Counted from the first letter of the whole stretch, positions 49,634 through 63,051 are shown. The stretch: DNA of 63,051 nucleotides, filler included, from Hausera hauseri (GCA_046269625.1; 12 parts of 12 records of this genome joined end to end with filler, not necessarily neighbours in it), one strand, 5' to 3'. Translations and numbers: made by a program. The notes: generated by a model not told the origin, from the letters alone.

Positions 49634-52600
49634 ATGCCGACACGTCTCTTTGGTGTCTTTACCTTAAAGGCTGCAATCAATGCTCCTACAGCGCAATCTG
49701 TTGACTTCCTCATTGATACAGGTGCAGCGATTTCTTTATTATTACAAACCTTTCCTGTACAAAATTCTCCATTCAGACTGAAGCCTTTATACACTGCTTC
49801 AGGCCAACCGCTGCACATTTCTGGCATGGCTAAATTATCTTTCACTTTATTAAATTTTCCTACACCTTTCCACTGGACGTTCACAGTCGCTAACGTCCAG
49901 ACGGCATTTCTAGGTTCTTACTTTCTCTCACACTATAATTTACTGGTTGACTGCAGTTAGCGATGTTTGAGGAATGGTATCACTGGCCACATTTCTGGAT
50001 ATGTCAATAGCATTTCGACTACCGCGCAGTCGACTGGAATGCGGAGGTCAATTTTAAAAAAGTCAGTAAATAATTCCAATTTTCATAATAATAATTCCAC
50101 TTGTAAATTTTTAAATAATAATATTAATATACGACTAAGGTTCGATGTCGATAATTGTGGTACTGCCACCAACGTTAACTCATCTGACAAAAATACCCCA
50201 TCCAACACCATTTTCAATTTGACCATCTTACACCAAATACAACTTGACTGTACATTACCAAACTACTCACAAACTGCATCCACTACTACTCAAACTGTTT
50301 CACCAATTCCACCAAATCTCTCACAGTTACCTACAACTTTACAGCAATTCGTCAACACAACATGTCCACGAGTACTTAAAACAGATCGTACGTTTACTCC
50401 TGCCAAGAGTACTTTACACCATATAGTTACACAGCATCAACGACCAATACATCAAAAGGTACGGCCTCTGTCACCTCGCCGTAAACAGGCCGTAGAAGCC
50501 GAATTTCTTGAGCTAGAACGTTCCGGCATCGTACGCTGTTCCAAATCTCCTTAGTCATCACCGTTACACGTTGTATAAAAAAACGTACTTTTAGACCATG
50601 CGGTGACTACCGACAGCTAAACAACTTGACAATCATGGATGCGTATTCTTTACCACTCATCAAGGATATCTTGCATCGTCTTAATTCAACCACCATCTAT
50701 TCAGCCATTGAAAAAACCAACCATCAAATACCGGTATCACCCGAAGACATAGAAACAACTGCCGTGACTACTCCTTTCGGTCTCTACGAATACTTGTTTA
50801 TGCCATTTGGTTTGCGGAATACCGCACAGACTTTTCAGCGGCACATTGATTTAATTCTTTCCGATTTCCCATTTGCACACCCTTATATCGATGATATTCT
50901 AGTCGTTTCATCTTCAGCCAAACAACACGCGGAACACCTTCGCGCAATATTCCAACGTCTTAACCACCATAATCTCCAAGTCAATTTTGACAAATGCCAT
51001 TTCTTCAAAAAGCGCATTAAATTTTTAGGCAAAGTTATTACACCAGACGGTCATTCTCCCCAACCAGACCGAGTGGAGGCTTCTAAAATCATCCAGTTGC
51101 CACGTGCAACCACCGAAATGCGCAGCTTTCTTGATACACTACACAATGTACATAAAAACGTACCATATTGCTCGTAATTGACAGTGCCATTGGCACACCT
51201 AAGCGGCGGCAAAAAACATCAGCCAATCCAGTGGACACATAATTGGTCGACAGATTTGATAAGCTACGCGAAGGAATCAAAACCGTCGATATTCTAGTTT
51301 TTCCCAAGCCTCATGCAGAACTTATCCTTACTATAGACGCGTCAACCACTGCAGTAGGCACTGTACTCCACCAGATCTACAAGGGAGAAAATCAATTACT
51401 AGAATTTTTCTCTCGCAAGTTAACAGCACCTGAAACCAGATATTCCACGTTCGATCGAAAACTATTGGCTACTGTTCTCGCTCTAAAGCATTTTTCACAC
51501 CGACTTGTCTCTCGTCATTTTATTATATAAACCTATCACAAGCCCTTACTTAACATCATGGCTATGAAACACCCCTCCACACGCCAAGAACGGCAAATAT
51601 CCTACTAATCGAAATTTAATTTCGGTATTAAACACGTTAACGGGGTTAACAATTTAATTGCTGATTTTTTATCTAGGTCGGTTAGTTCAATTAATTTTTT
51701 ACCGATCTTTACGCAAGATCAACTTCAACAGAACCAGCCACCTCAGGACATGCTTAATTCTTTCAAATCTTGCACAATCGTTGACGGCGTGGCTTTAGAC
51801 ACCTCAAAACCAGGTCATCCCGTATTAATTCTAGAACCATTATTGCAAAGGCAAGCATTTCACAACGTGCATTCACTACACCATCTTGGTGCAAAAGCCA
51901 CTTTTCGTCTACTCTATCGACAATTAATTTGGTCGTCAATGCGTTCCGATGTGCAAGCATGGGTTAAGGAGTGTGTGGCTTGCCAAAAATACAAAATAGC
52001 TAAGCATTTAAAGCCACCACTATTCCACTTTCCATGAGCATCGCGTCTTGAATTCGTGCACATCGACATCGTTGGTCCTCTTCCTCCAGACAACGGGCAT
52101 CAATTCATCCTCACCATGATGGACCGTTCCTCGCGATGACCAAAATGCATCCTTCTGCGGAGCACAAACACCGACACTATAGCTGACGTTTTCATTCGTA
52201 CATGGATTAGCAGGTTTGGATCACCACGCTTCATCATCACAAACCAGAGTTTACAGTTTGAATCCAACCAGTTCAAATCCCAGTTAGCCGATTGGGGATC
52301 CACCACACACATACTACACCTTATCATCCCCAATCGAATTGCCTTCTAGAACGTTTCCACCGAACATTGGAAACGTCACTACGAATCCTCACAGAGTCCA
52401 ACACTAGTTGGACGAATCTTCCGTTTGTTCTGCTCAGCTGGCAAAACACTTCGTCCACTTCTACAAAATGCTCACATACTGAAGCCTTATTCGGAGCTCC
52501 TGTACGATCATTATTCGAACTAACTGCCTAAACGACACTCCCACGGATGAGACGATACGGTCTGCGCAAAATCACTTTGTCGAGGTAAGAAAGTATTTGT

Positions 52601-53232
52601 TCTGCAGGCTACTCCACAAATACAAAACATATTTAACCGAAGATCTGTATTCGACAAAGTTCGTGTGTCTAAAGAATCAAGCGCCTTGGAATTTTCAGCC
52701 ACGTTACTTGGGGCCCTATAAACTAATACAGCTGCAATCACACAACGCCAATATCTCTAAAAATGACAAAGAACTTACAGTACATATTACCAACTTAAAG
52801 CCCGCTTTTTTGTAGACGACACCCTACCAACCGACACGTCAACCTCTTTTCTCACTTCTCCACTCCCTGCTATTCTTATATCTATTGCTACACCATTTCC
52901 ACCTTCCTCTTCTGCGCCTAGTCCCGCTCCACCATTTTCTACACTTTCTACTTCTATTTCTACCACTCCCTCTGTATCATCTTCCTATTCCACTCTTTCA
53001 CTCAACACAATTCGAATCTCTACTCCAACTTTTCCTCTCTTCCTTTGTCCGCCACTACACCTTTCATCACTCATTCGTCTTCTAACACTCTTTTCAATGC
53101 CTTTAACATTTCGTCTTCAACAATCCCTCTTCCTTCTTCGTCCTCTTCTTCTCTTTATTCCGACTCATCTTCACACGACACAACACCCCCACCAAAATCT
53201 ACCAATTTTTTCCCCAACCTCAATCTCTGCAA
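49634..53232 (+). pseudogene. Gypsy pol (PR-RT-RH-IN), disrupted
   Basis: FLIDTGA, MPFGLRN, YIDDIL, TIDAS, HHLG...CVACQ, HTTPYHPQSN, YLGPYKL. Confidence 0.93.
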
Positions 53233-53332
53233 NNNNNNNNNNNNNNNNNNNNNNNNNNNNNNNNNNNNNNNNNNNNTTAATTAATTAANNNNNNNNNNNN
53301 NNNNNNNNNNNNNNNNNNNNNNNNNNNNNNNN
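53233..53332. other. Artificial contig linker
   Basis: 44N-TTAATTAATTAA-44N. Confidence 0.99.
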
Positions 53333-54477
53333 ATTTGATTGTTGTTTCTTGGTATCCTCTTTCTCCGTATGTATGCCCAATCATTAAATACTATTTCAAA
53401 CCTAAACGGTACCGAAATTTACTGACCAAATTAGACTTAACTTTACACTTTGCCATTAAAATATGTTCTACTTAAAATTTCTTATCCGTTGTTATATCTT
53501 GTAGCCTCCATTTGTCCTCCCTAATATATTTACTGCAGCTTATTTGATCGCCATAATAAGGTGACGTAAATAATTTCGTTATGTTTATATAACGCTGATC
53601 TGAAATTCTTCCACAAGCTGAATATGTCTCATGTGGCATTTCCAATGTCGTTATACAGTATGACCAAAGTGGACTGATACTGATCTCATTAGTATGAAAC
53701 TTGCATATGTTGAGAAATAGTCGATAGAAATTTTCTAGCACTGCTGGTGATGTCATATAAGATAAACATCTGTGAGCCCTCAAAAGCGCCAATTACGTGA
53801 CAACATCGAAAATTTGACTTTTGAATATTCGTTGAGGTAAAAACAAAATTAAAATACTTACACTGTGATAATTAATTTAAATTTATTTTTCTCTTTTTAA
53901 TAAAAACACATCAATTTACTCAACTTTAAAATGAAATTTAAAAAGGTTTTTATGATGTGTGAAAATTATTATTTGACAAATTTTAATTTTCGTCAAGTGG
54001 AGCATGGGAACCGTTTCTTGTTCAAATTGAATTTTATGAAATCTGAGAACTTTATTAAAATATGAACATACAATTTTTATTATTGGGTTGAGTAAAACGA
54101 AAGTTTAGAATAAATTGATAACTTCAAATTGAACATATTCATTATTATAATCCTGCCAAAATAATGAACTAATGATTGCAATAGCTTAGGGTAATTTGGG
54201 TATTTTGCTAGAAACGGTAAAATTATTTTATTTCAATGGATATAAAAAGTATTTCTCACAATGATTACATAATTGGTGGTTTTCATTAAAGTGCTTTTGT
54301 CAGTGGCGCATTGGACGGTGAACCGAAATATCAATAAGCCTTTATCCAACATACGTAGAGTTATTAACTTTTAAATAAATTCATTTTAATAAAATTGAAT
54401 TTAATTTTTTGTGATCCGTTTAAACTACTCCCACATTTATGGGTCTTGCTAAAATTACTCACTGCTGTCAAACTTAA

Positions 54478-54764
54478 CCCTTTGCGGTCCAACTGGACAT
54501 GAGTCTGACTGGACACGGTTTTTAAATGTAAGAATTACTGTTATTGCTATTACTGTTGAGTATATTGTCGGATTTGTAGCATAACTTTGCATCGTTTAAC
54601 TGGTTTAGGATTCTCTTTGTCGGTAATTATATTTGGTTTTACTATTGTGTAACGTAGTACATTGTCATTTATGTGAGATCTTGTTAAAGTTACAACGGGT
54701 GTCGTTATAATCAGTCGTATTAGAATTTCTTGGAATGGGGATAATTAATTTGGACCGCAAGGGG
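54478..54764. mobile_element. piggyBac-type MITE (287 bp)
   Basis: TTAA|CCCTTTGCGGTCCAA...TTGGACCGCAAGGGG|TTAA: 15-bp TIR with 1 mismatch and a TTAA TSD. Confidence 0.9.
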
Positions 54765-55041
54765 TTAAGTGATAATTCTAATTATGGGAAGTTAATACTG
54801 AAACTAGAAATATGGAAACCGATTGGCACTTGTTGATATTGTCTTCTCAATTTAATAATTTTCTTCTCAACTCATCTTACTTTTGGAAAGTTCTAATTAT
54901 TTCGTTCATTTCAATTTTTGTCAATCACCTTTTGAAATTGTACGTCATAATAACTCCATCATCCTACCGTCAATCTGCATGATATCTTTCGCTCGTTAAA
55001 CTCAAATTGTTCTTATGATAGTCGATAATCATCTTATACAG

Positions 55042-55712
55042 GTTGCCGGTGGTGACAAAGTATCCTGCAACCGACCACTTTGTCGAGCGACTATAATTAC
55101 CGCCATCAAATACACCGTTGTGCCAGATGCACATCCTATCGACAGTTACCTGACCAGACACATGACCGAATTTCTCGCCTGTCTCAAGGATCCAGATTTG
55201 AGCATTCAACGAGCTGGCTTAATCGCTCTCAACACTGTCATCCACAATAAGCCTGATATTATTCGTGATTCACTTGATCCGTCATCCGATTTGAAGAATG
55301 ATAGTTTGTTAACGTGGCTTTATGCGGCAACTAAGGTTCGACCTGAGCTCATTAGGGAAGTGGAAATGGGACCTTTTAAGCATCTGGAAGATGATGGACT
55401 GGATCTACGCAAAGTATGTTGGTGCTATAGCGTAGCCTTGTTACATGTTGCATAGTGTGCATTCGAATGTATTTCAAGTTTGCTGGACAACTGCATAGAC
55501 CGCATTAACATCTCTCTGTTCCTCGACCGCATTGAGGAGGGTCTACGTGACAACGGGGAAATCAAGTTATTCCGCTACCCAACGCTCACTAAAACAGCAA
55601 AACATTGTCCGCCAAGTTTCTCGACAAATTCAACAATCTAATCCCTGCCGTATGCACTCTACTAACCTCGAAACCTAAGCAGGACGCAGAGAAACAAGAA
55701 CAGGAGAAACCG
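55042..55712 (+). pseudogene. CAND1: CAND1 C-terminal fragment with a 42-bp intron (55414-55455) and a frameshift
   Basis: HNKPDIIRD, ELIREVEMGPFKHLEDDGLDLRK|gtatgt...catag|CAFEC...EEGLRD. Confidence 0.92.
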
Positions 55713-56206
55713 GCGCCGACGGGGTAAGATTGATAATTATGCGCTACTCTCCCGGCAGTTATTTTTTTAACATACTTTTTATTAATAATATCTGTTCCCA
55801 ATTTTTCCAATATATTTCCGTGAATATTATTTTTGGCACAACACCACTCCCCTTTGGTTTTGTCCGTGAGGAAATACCCGAAGCGCAAGGCTTATGACAT
55901 GGCGTTATTTATTCCACAATAATACTCCTATTCACACCCATTTCGCTTAATAATTCAACGATAATCAGTCCAGCGCAAACCGATTTTATTCAATATTCCA
56001 GAGGTTTACCCTCAAACTATAATATGAAATCCTGTGAAATCTGTACGAATTGTTTGTCGTTAGTTTCTATTCAGAACGCGGTTATTATTTTGCTATTTCT
56101 TGACAGGAACACCTTATCAGCAAGTTATTTTGCTGGTACCACGAATTCAGCGTTACTTGTATGGGGATACTACAATTCTTCTAAATGTCGTGCTGCGTAA
56201 ATTAAT

Positions 56207-56746
56207 GTGAAAGATTGTTTCTATTCAGTCACAACTGACCGTATCCGACTAAATGTTGTAGTATTGGGCGGATTTCTTGGGGTTGTCGCTGATCGTGATG
56301 AACGATCAATGCAGCAACTGCAGTGGCTCAGTGACCGACTTGACAATTTCAGTCGTGTTGCTTACCAGGTTGTTATTGTAGGTTGTCGACCACCGGGTTT
56401 GCACAGTAGGAAGGGAGATGGCTATAGTAATGCATTTAATTCAGCAGTTATCGACCTGCTGATTCGTCATTCGAGTACAATTGCAGCGTGCTTGTTTGGA
56501 AGTAATGGATGGGATGCTTGGTATAAGTTGGACGTGAATTTGATTTATGAATTCTGGAAACCCACTCCGATTAAGTTGCCTATAATTGATTATCTGTGGC
56601 TGGATCTCTGTGACTACCACCACGCTGAGTTCCCGTTTGATAAGAAGGTCATCACTATGCCACAACGACCTTTGTACAAAATAGACGGATACTGGCAGCC
56701 GACATACATGACCATTGGGAAACCTTTCGTTTTGCCACAATCTTAG
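56207..56746 (+). pseudogene. SMPDL3/acid-sphingomyelinase-like metallophosphoesterase fragment joined to an unidentified segment
   Basis: QLQWLSDRL...VVIVGCRPPG...IAACLFGSNGWD (cf. QFEWLE...HVPxG...GQFYGHTHRD). Confidence 0.55.
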
Positions 56747-57930
56747 CAGTAGTCTCTATTTGGATAGTTATCGATACATTCTCCATTGTTTCACTTACTT
56801 TTGCAGTTACATAATACTTCTATTAATTTACAACAACCAGACAACGCACACTATCCGTTGTCGGAATCCACCACTTTACGTCCATCCATCAACATAAATT
56901 CCATTCGCACATGTTACCAAGGTAATATACCCTGCTATGTTGCGCGGGACTGTATAGAAAAACGTACGGCGAAAAACGCAAGACAATCGTTACAGCATTC
57001 CGTATCATTATCTCGGTCACAGCATTACAAACCGTGCGGCACACAGCATCGTCTACCTTCATCCTAAACCGAATGTCAACCCGTCATCGAAAGTCAGTGA
57101 CGGACATCTTAACATGAAGTCGTTCAACGCCAACCTTGACGACTTGTTCACAATGTCCTTTTGTATAACATTCGGTAATCAGATAGTCATCATTTCCATG
57201 TGCGTTACCAAGGACGACAAACTTCCCTTGAAACTCGATCATTTATACAAGAACGGTCCGGCGGTTGACCTCTATAGATTTCCCACAGACAAGATTGCAG
57301 TGAATTTCAGTGAGGCGCATGAGTCGCCAATGGTGACATCGGATAATAAACGATGTCAGAAACAGATTTCTACACCGTTCATCAATAATTTTTCCGGGGT
57401 AGTGAGGGTACAGCCTAACCAAAGTTCGGTTATCGTAGTTCCTATTTGCTAGTACAATTTGGTTGCATTTGTTGCTAGTCCCTTTTGGCAGTATAACCTT
57501 CTCCATTTGTTTTTTATGATTCCTTACGCTTTCTGTTGCCTGAGACTTTTGAAACACATTCAATATCCAACAAAAACGATCGTTGCTAATACATTTTGCA
57601 ATCATTCCGACAGGTCTTTTCCTTTCATTACTATTCAAGGCCATTCCAAAAAAACACTTCTTTTCTTTAATCCTCAGATAATAAATTTCGCCTATTCTAT
57701 TCAACCATTATTCCACTTTATTCTTTATCCACGACAGTTTTTCGAGATACCGTGCACACTCAAGAATTCGCGAACTTGATGATTGACACATAGATATTAA
57801 TGAAGTGGTTCTTTCATCCCATACTCTTGAGTTGCTAACAAACCATGGCATGATAAGCCAATCAACCTTCTGTCTTACATCAATGTATCCCACGCCATGG
57901 TGTGTTTCGTTACCACACCAACCACTTTAG

Positions 57931-58178
57931 TTTACACCGAGTATTTCGTTCTTATACTATCTAAACAATTACCATTTACTGACGCACAGAATGACAAAAC
58001 CGATAGATGCATCTTACCTACACAACAACGTACTACACACCACCAACATCTCAGATTTTTATCTTACGTACAATAATCTACCAATAACTAACACCAACCT
58101 TAATAGCTTTTCTGTACCTTCAACCCATTGCATCGTCATTCACATACACATTCGCTTACGTGGTGGAATGGAATCATC
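57931..58178 (+). CDS. Second ubiquitin-like leader (RLRGG|M), homologous to 48288-48515; cut by the contig end
   Basis: SFLYYLNNYH...ASYLH...SDFYLTYN...IHIHIRLRGG|MES. Confidence 0.7.
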
Positions 58179-58278
58179 NNNNNNNNNNNNNNNNNNNNNN
58201 NNNNNNNNNNNNNNNNNNNNNNTTAATTAATTAANNNNNNNNNNNNNNNNNNNNNNNNNNNNNNNNNNNNNNNNNNNN
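58179..58278. other. Artificial contig linker
   Basis: 44N-TTAATTAATTAA-44N. Confidence 0.99.
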
Positions 58279-59272
58279 TTACAGCTTCACAAACACATCC
58301 ACACACCTGCACCAAACATAACCATGTTTTCCTTTCCTTATCTTGTTTTGACTCCTGCTTCTCAGCGCTTAGCTCTGCGTTTGTCTGTCTGGTTAGTCAG
58401 TCTATGTTTGCCTGCTGAAGTACGCTCCGCACAGAGGACTTCAGCTGCGTCCCGCTTTTTGTGTTGAAACATCCTGCCGATGTTTCAGCTTTCTTCTTTC
58501 ATTAGCTTTTTGCTTAAACTTCACAAGTGAACTTTAAGATTGAGCCATATTTTTGGGCGACCCCTCCTCTCCACTGGGTCCTGAGCCACATCGAGGTGCC
58601 ACACTCAGCCTTCTGCAAGCTGCGAGTGTCCAGACTCCCGTGAGCAAAGCCGTGACGGCCAGCACTTTCAGGGCCTCTTCTCAGCTGCCCATCAACAAGC
58701 TGAGACGGTCCCCACCAACTGGTAAACAAAGCCTTGGGTGCTGTCTTCCCCCGTCCACTGACTCCTGCCACGGTAAGAGGCCACAGGCTTTACGACTTGT
58801 CTGACCTCGGGCGAACCTCCGGCTCACCACGGCTCACTGATTATGAGACATAATTAATATAACCCAATATAGCTGTGTGTATGTCTCTTTCTTTCTTTAC
58901 ATCCCTTCCTCTCTCCTCCCATCCACTCACACACACACATTTTCATCCACTCACACACACACACACACACATATACAGCCTGAAGGTGTAACGAAGCATT
59001 GTTAATAATTATCACCATTAACGTGTTAGTGTCACATCGAGAGCTCTTTAATTTTTAGTCACTCAATTGTAATCACTTCCTTTAATTTTTGTTTTTAATA
59101 AAAAGCCTGGTTACGTTGTAACAGGAATAAAATTGATTAGTGACTCCTTGGTGTTTCTATAAAAATAAAGGCTGGGTATTTCTATATAAAAAGGCCTTAG
59201 AACCTTGATTAACGTAAAAACTCCGACTGGGACATTATATCTGGCACTCCAGGCGGTGGGTTTTACACTACA
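58279..59272 (+). repeat. Possible fish solo LTR in a PIGK intron
   Basis: Non-coding, with (CA)n and AATAAA motifs, ending CACTACA. The 5' end is cut off. Confidence 0.35.
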
Positions 59273-59399
59273 TATAAAATGCAAGAATTAAATGAATAAA
59301 ACCTGCAGCAAAAAGAAGCTGTTAGTGTTGTGGTGTGATACGTTATAAGGAATAAATACATCCATTTGAGTGAAAGCTTCAGCTTCAGCTTCAGCTCAC

Positions 59400-59572
59400 C
59401 TGTCCTCTCGCTCCCTAATGGGATCAGTTAAGTTTATGGCCTCCGTGGTGAGCTCAACTTTTCGAACGCTACCGAAGAAGTCTGTGATGAGAACACTTCC
59501 TGGATCCCTCTGAAACAGATCGGTGCGATGGCCCGGAGTGGAAACACACTGACTTTTAGGACAAACTTTAAA
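59400..59572 (-). CDS. PIGK: PIGK exon (173 bp), GPI-anchor transamidase
   Basis: ag|FKVCPKSQCVSTPGHRTDLFQRDPGSVLITDFFGSVRKVE...|gtgag. Confidence 0.95.
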
Positions 59573-59823
59573 CTAAAAGGACAAAAAAGAATAAAGCACA
59601 AACATTTGAAAATAAGCTGCGTTTGGTCTAGAAAAAAAAAAACAAGAAATAACTAATAAGTATAAAATAACCTTTGGAGTTTTATTTGAGGTAATAATTA
59701 CCAGGAAACTAAGGAATCTATACCAGGCAGGAGAACCAAACATAGCTAAAGAAATTTTAATACCAGAAAATAAGACGTCTGTGTTTTACTGCTACAAATA
59801 GTTTGAATTTCTGTGTTTATACT

Positions 59824-60357
59824 TACGAGTATTAGGGACAGACTACAAGAACTGAAATGTTTTTAAATTACTAGAATAAAGTCATGATATTGACAGAATA
59901 AAGTTTTAATAATATGAGAATGAATGAATGATTTAGAAAGAATAAAACTAATAATACATGAATAAAGTTGTGATAATATGAGAATAAAGAAATAATAATA
60001 TAAGAGTAAAGTTGTAATAACAAAAGAATAATTTCATAACACAAGAATAAAGTCATAATAATATGAGAATAAAGTCATGAGAATGAGGACAATATTAATA
60101 CTTTGTTTAAATGAGGAATGATGAGCAAGAACTACTTTTAACACAGGACACTCTTGTAAAAGTGATTTTTGATCTCAAGGAGTATTTTCCTGGGTAACTA
60201 ACTAACTAACTAACTAACACATCAGGGCATTGAAATGATTGAGAAAATGACTGTCTTTTCCAAGACTGTAGTCTGGTTATGGTATGACTTTTCTCATAAT
60301 ATTATTTTTCTCGTAGATTAAAAAAAATCTCATAGCCTGCCCCTGAATACTCTGTCA
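59824..60357. mobile_element. Non-autonomous DNA-transposon-like element with internal ~21-bp repeats
   Basis: Imperfect TIRs GAGTATTAGGGACAG / CTGCCCCTGAATACTC. Internal GAGAATAAAGTCATAAT repeats occur in both orientations. Confidence 0.5.
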
Positions 60358-61513
60358 TATATACTTGTTAAAATTATTCTGTTTGTATCTCTTTTTACAA
60401 GTATTATTAACTAAAAATAAAAACTAAAAATACAAAAACAACAAAAGATAAAACAAAAAGGGAAAATCATTTTAGCCGTAGTTTAAAAACAGAAATCTTG
60501 AGTTGTTCTTTAAATCGATAGTATTGATCCTCAGTTCCACAAAACAGCCCCAGAACAAAGAGCGCACCTACAGAAAGCGGAGCACATCATTAGCGTTAGA
60601 GCGCTCTGAATAGCGGCGTGACTCGTGGTGCTGCAGAAGCAGAGCGCTCCCTGAGCTCGGTGGATCTCTGCAGGAGTGAGAAAGATGAAACGGGAGGCGG
60701 TGCTGAAGCAGAGCCATGGCCCAGAGCTGCGAGTAGCCACCAGCTCACAGTCATGAGTCAAAGGCAAAAACAGCCGTGACACAGTATTACAAATTCTGTT
60801 TCAAGTGTGCCGAGGTCCAGAGAGGCCTGTGTGACTTTCATCTGACTCCTTCTGGACCACAAGTTTAAGAGACCTGACAGGGAAGGTGAAAAGATCCAAG
60901 CTCTTTTCTTGTTTTTTTTTTTAATAAATCTGTACAAACCCCAAAACGTTTTCTAAGGAATGACTCAATTCATCACAGTCTACAAAAAAACATCCTAATT
61001 GTTTTCTTTAAACCACTGAAAAATTTAATTTGAATGAAAATCTTTTTTTTTCTCTGCAGAAATCTCTACTGATCAGTTGGGTTTAATTTAAGAGGAGAAA
61101 ATAAGCTGATAAACATTCACACTTATTTTATGATTGAATATAATCATGACCTTAAACAGGCAGAGAATCAAGGAGTCTTTATTTAGTTTTTGTGTACTTT
61201 TCTGTAACTTACTTCCTTGTTTTCTATGACATCATATCCGGTGTGTGACAAGGTTTTCTATAAACATTGTATAAACAGGTGATTTGGGGTCAATACTCAG
61301 ATTCAAATCTGAGTACTGGACTGGTTTCCTGCACCTGATTTGACTTCTCATTATTTATGTTACTTTCAAAAGTCAAGATATAATCTGGGATTTTAGGGTG
61401 AAAAATGCACCATATTTGCTCCAACCCTAATCCCAGAGGGATTAGTTTATTTTATTTTAAATGGTAACGTGTCAAACCCTGCTAATTTAGAAGATTACAG
61501 ACTTTCACCTCAC

Positions 61514-61624
61514 CAGATCGTTCATGTTTGCTTTGCTTGCAGGGTGGATGTCTTCCAGGAACTCCAGCAGGTAAAAGGTGTAACGATCCATCAGATGAAC
61601 ACCTATAGCCAAATCTGGCTGGTG
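61514..61624 (-). CDS. PIGK: PIGK exon (111 bp)
   Basis: ag|HQPDLAIGVHLMDRYTFYLLEFLEDIHPASKANMNDL|gtgag. Confidence 0.95.
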
Positions 61625-63051
61625 CTACAACACAGACAACAAACAGAAAAATAAAATCACAAATGATCCAAAATAAAGCTTTGCCTCCCATTTAATCTGT
61701 GCAAAATCTAGTTTTGGGTAAAATAACCTCAGCTCCTCATCATTTCTTAAAGATTGATCCCAAAATATTGAGAAAAAACACCTGTTTTATTTGAATATGA
61801 GTACAGTTTAACCTGACATCTGGCATCCTGTGGAAAACCTTGTTAGTGCACTGAGTGTGAGAGAAGATAAGACTTTGGTGTTTATTTAGACCTGCCCTCC
61901 TCTCAGTGCAGAACAAGTGACACCAGCTGCTGAGCAATGACATCTAAAGAGAAGTATTTTGAGAACTCTGCTTTTAACTGGGCCATTTTCATCTCAGCCC
62001 GTCAGATGAGCGAGGCGGTGTGGTTAAATATCAGTGGAAAGGATAAAAAACACATTTATATCAGTTTCCAGTGGTTTTTTGTGTGTGGAACCCACTGACA
62101 TCTGTGCTGCAGTTAAAACTTCAGAGAAAGTTGTGGTTAGTTAGAATAAAAATGCTACATTTTAAAATGATCTATGGTTAAGAATAAGTGTTTAACATTA
62201 ATGAAGCCAATTTATGAGAAACTTTTGTTTGTATTACTCAAAAGAAATATGAAAAATCTTATTGTGACTCTGGATAAAAGCTAAATTATGCCAAATTCAG
62301 CATTTTATTGTCCAGGTTTAAGCTCTGTATCTCTCTTAGCTCTGAGAAGAAGCATAAAGCAAGAGATTTTTAAAGTATTTTCACACAAAATACTAGATTT
62401 TACTCTTTATATTTTTGTTTTAAACAGCTGATATGGAAACACATTTTAAATGAACAAATAGAAGACTGAGAGAGGAACCCAGCAGAATTAAAACAATGTA
62501 TTTTTAAAGGATTTCACGCCTGACCATACACTCACATTCATAAAATAACACGATATGCAAATAAACACTCAAAATGAGTATCTCTGCCTGAATAAATTAG
62601 ACCACAATGCTTTGCATCTTCATAAACGCCTTGCCGTCTTTTTTCACCGACAGTATGGCGCCATTCATCTTCTCAATCTGGAGCAGTTCCATGAACGCAT
62701 CAACCACCGCGGACACTCTGAAATACATTTGAAATGGACAACATTTTTTCCGTTAGTATTTATTTTAAAGCGAATTTTCACAGAAATATATCTAACAGCA
62801 TCCAAAACATGTGTTCTTGTTGTTGTTTGATCTCCTCATTGTCACAGTTACCTCTTCCTCTGCTGTCACCGTCCAAGAGAAAGCACTCGAGTGTGGTCCC
62901 CTAAGTCACAAAATACCCTTTTGTGACTCCACGCTAATAATAAACGGACTCTTTCTGTCCGCGGCGCGTGAGTATATGGAGTACTTGGCGAGGGGTGACG
63001 CGACACTGGTTCTCTAGATCGGGATAGCAGGATATCCGACTAACTCCCAAG

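Larger units (their letters stand above)
48162..53232 (+). mobile_element. Near-full-length decayed CsRn1-like Gypsy element (Ubl-gag-pol), 3' end cut by the contig edge
   Basis: CHCC gag, DTG protease, YIDD RT, RNase H, integrase and an S/P/T-rich tail. Confidence 0.93.

Noticed and set aside
6945-58278. Regularly spaced TTAATTAATTAA motif as a biological repeat, and ORFs running into X tracts
   Set aside because: Identical 100-bp N-padded six-frame-stop linkers added during concatenation.

Overview
This is not one locus. It is 12 unrelated 4-9 kb contigs joined by 100-bp artificial linkers (44 N + TTAATTAATTAA + 44 N), so nothing can be inferred across a linker. Contigs 1-11 are AT-rich, repeat-dense animal DNA, probably from a divergent invertebrate (perhaps a fish parasite; species not determinable here). 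Contig 12 is teleost-like DNA with two PIGK exons. The window is mostly decayed mobile DNA: CHCC-type (CsRn1-like) Gypsy LTR elements, RTE LINEs, pogo/Tigger, Tc1, MITEs, Polinton polB and integrase pieces, and satellites. It also holds broken fragments of housekeeping genes (anillin, Piwi, PTPN1/2-like, RecQ, PRPF8, NAA15, CAND1, SMPDL3-like). Best candidate for a new system: a Gypsy lineage whose Gag is preceded in frame by a ubiquitin-like domain ending R-[IL]-R-G-G immediately before the Gag Met. The domain occurs in two diverged copies (48288-48503, with gag-pol downstream; 57931-58167, cut by the contig end). The first copy has no obvious tRNA primer site and has a short terminal repeat inverted relative to a relative's 3' LTR. 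Other highlights: a RING-finger ORF next to the PPT and 3' LTR of another element, a chuvirus-like glycoprotein gene split by a solo LTR with a clean 5-bp TSD, and an in-frame RecQ-PRPF8-NAA15 chimera. All homology calls come from by-eye motif recognition, not database searches.
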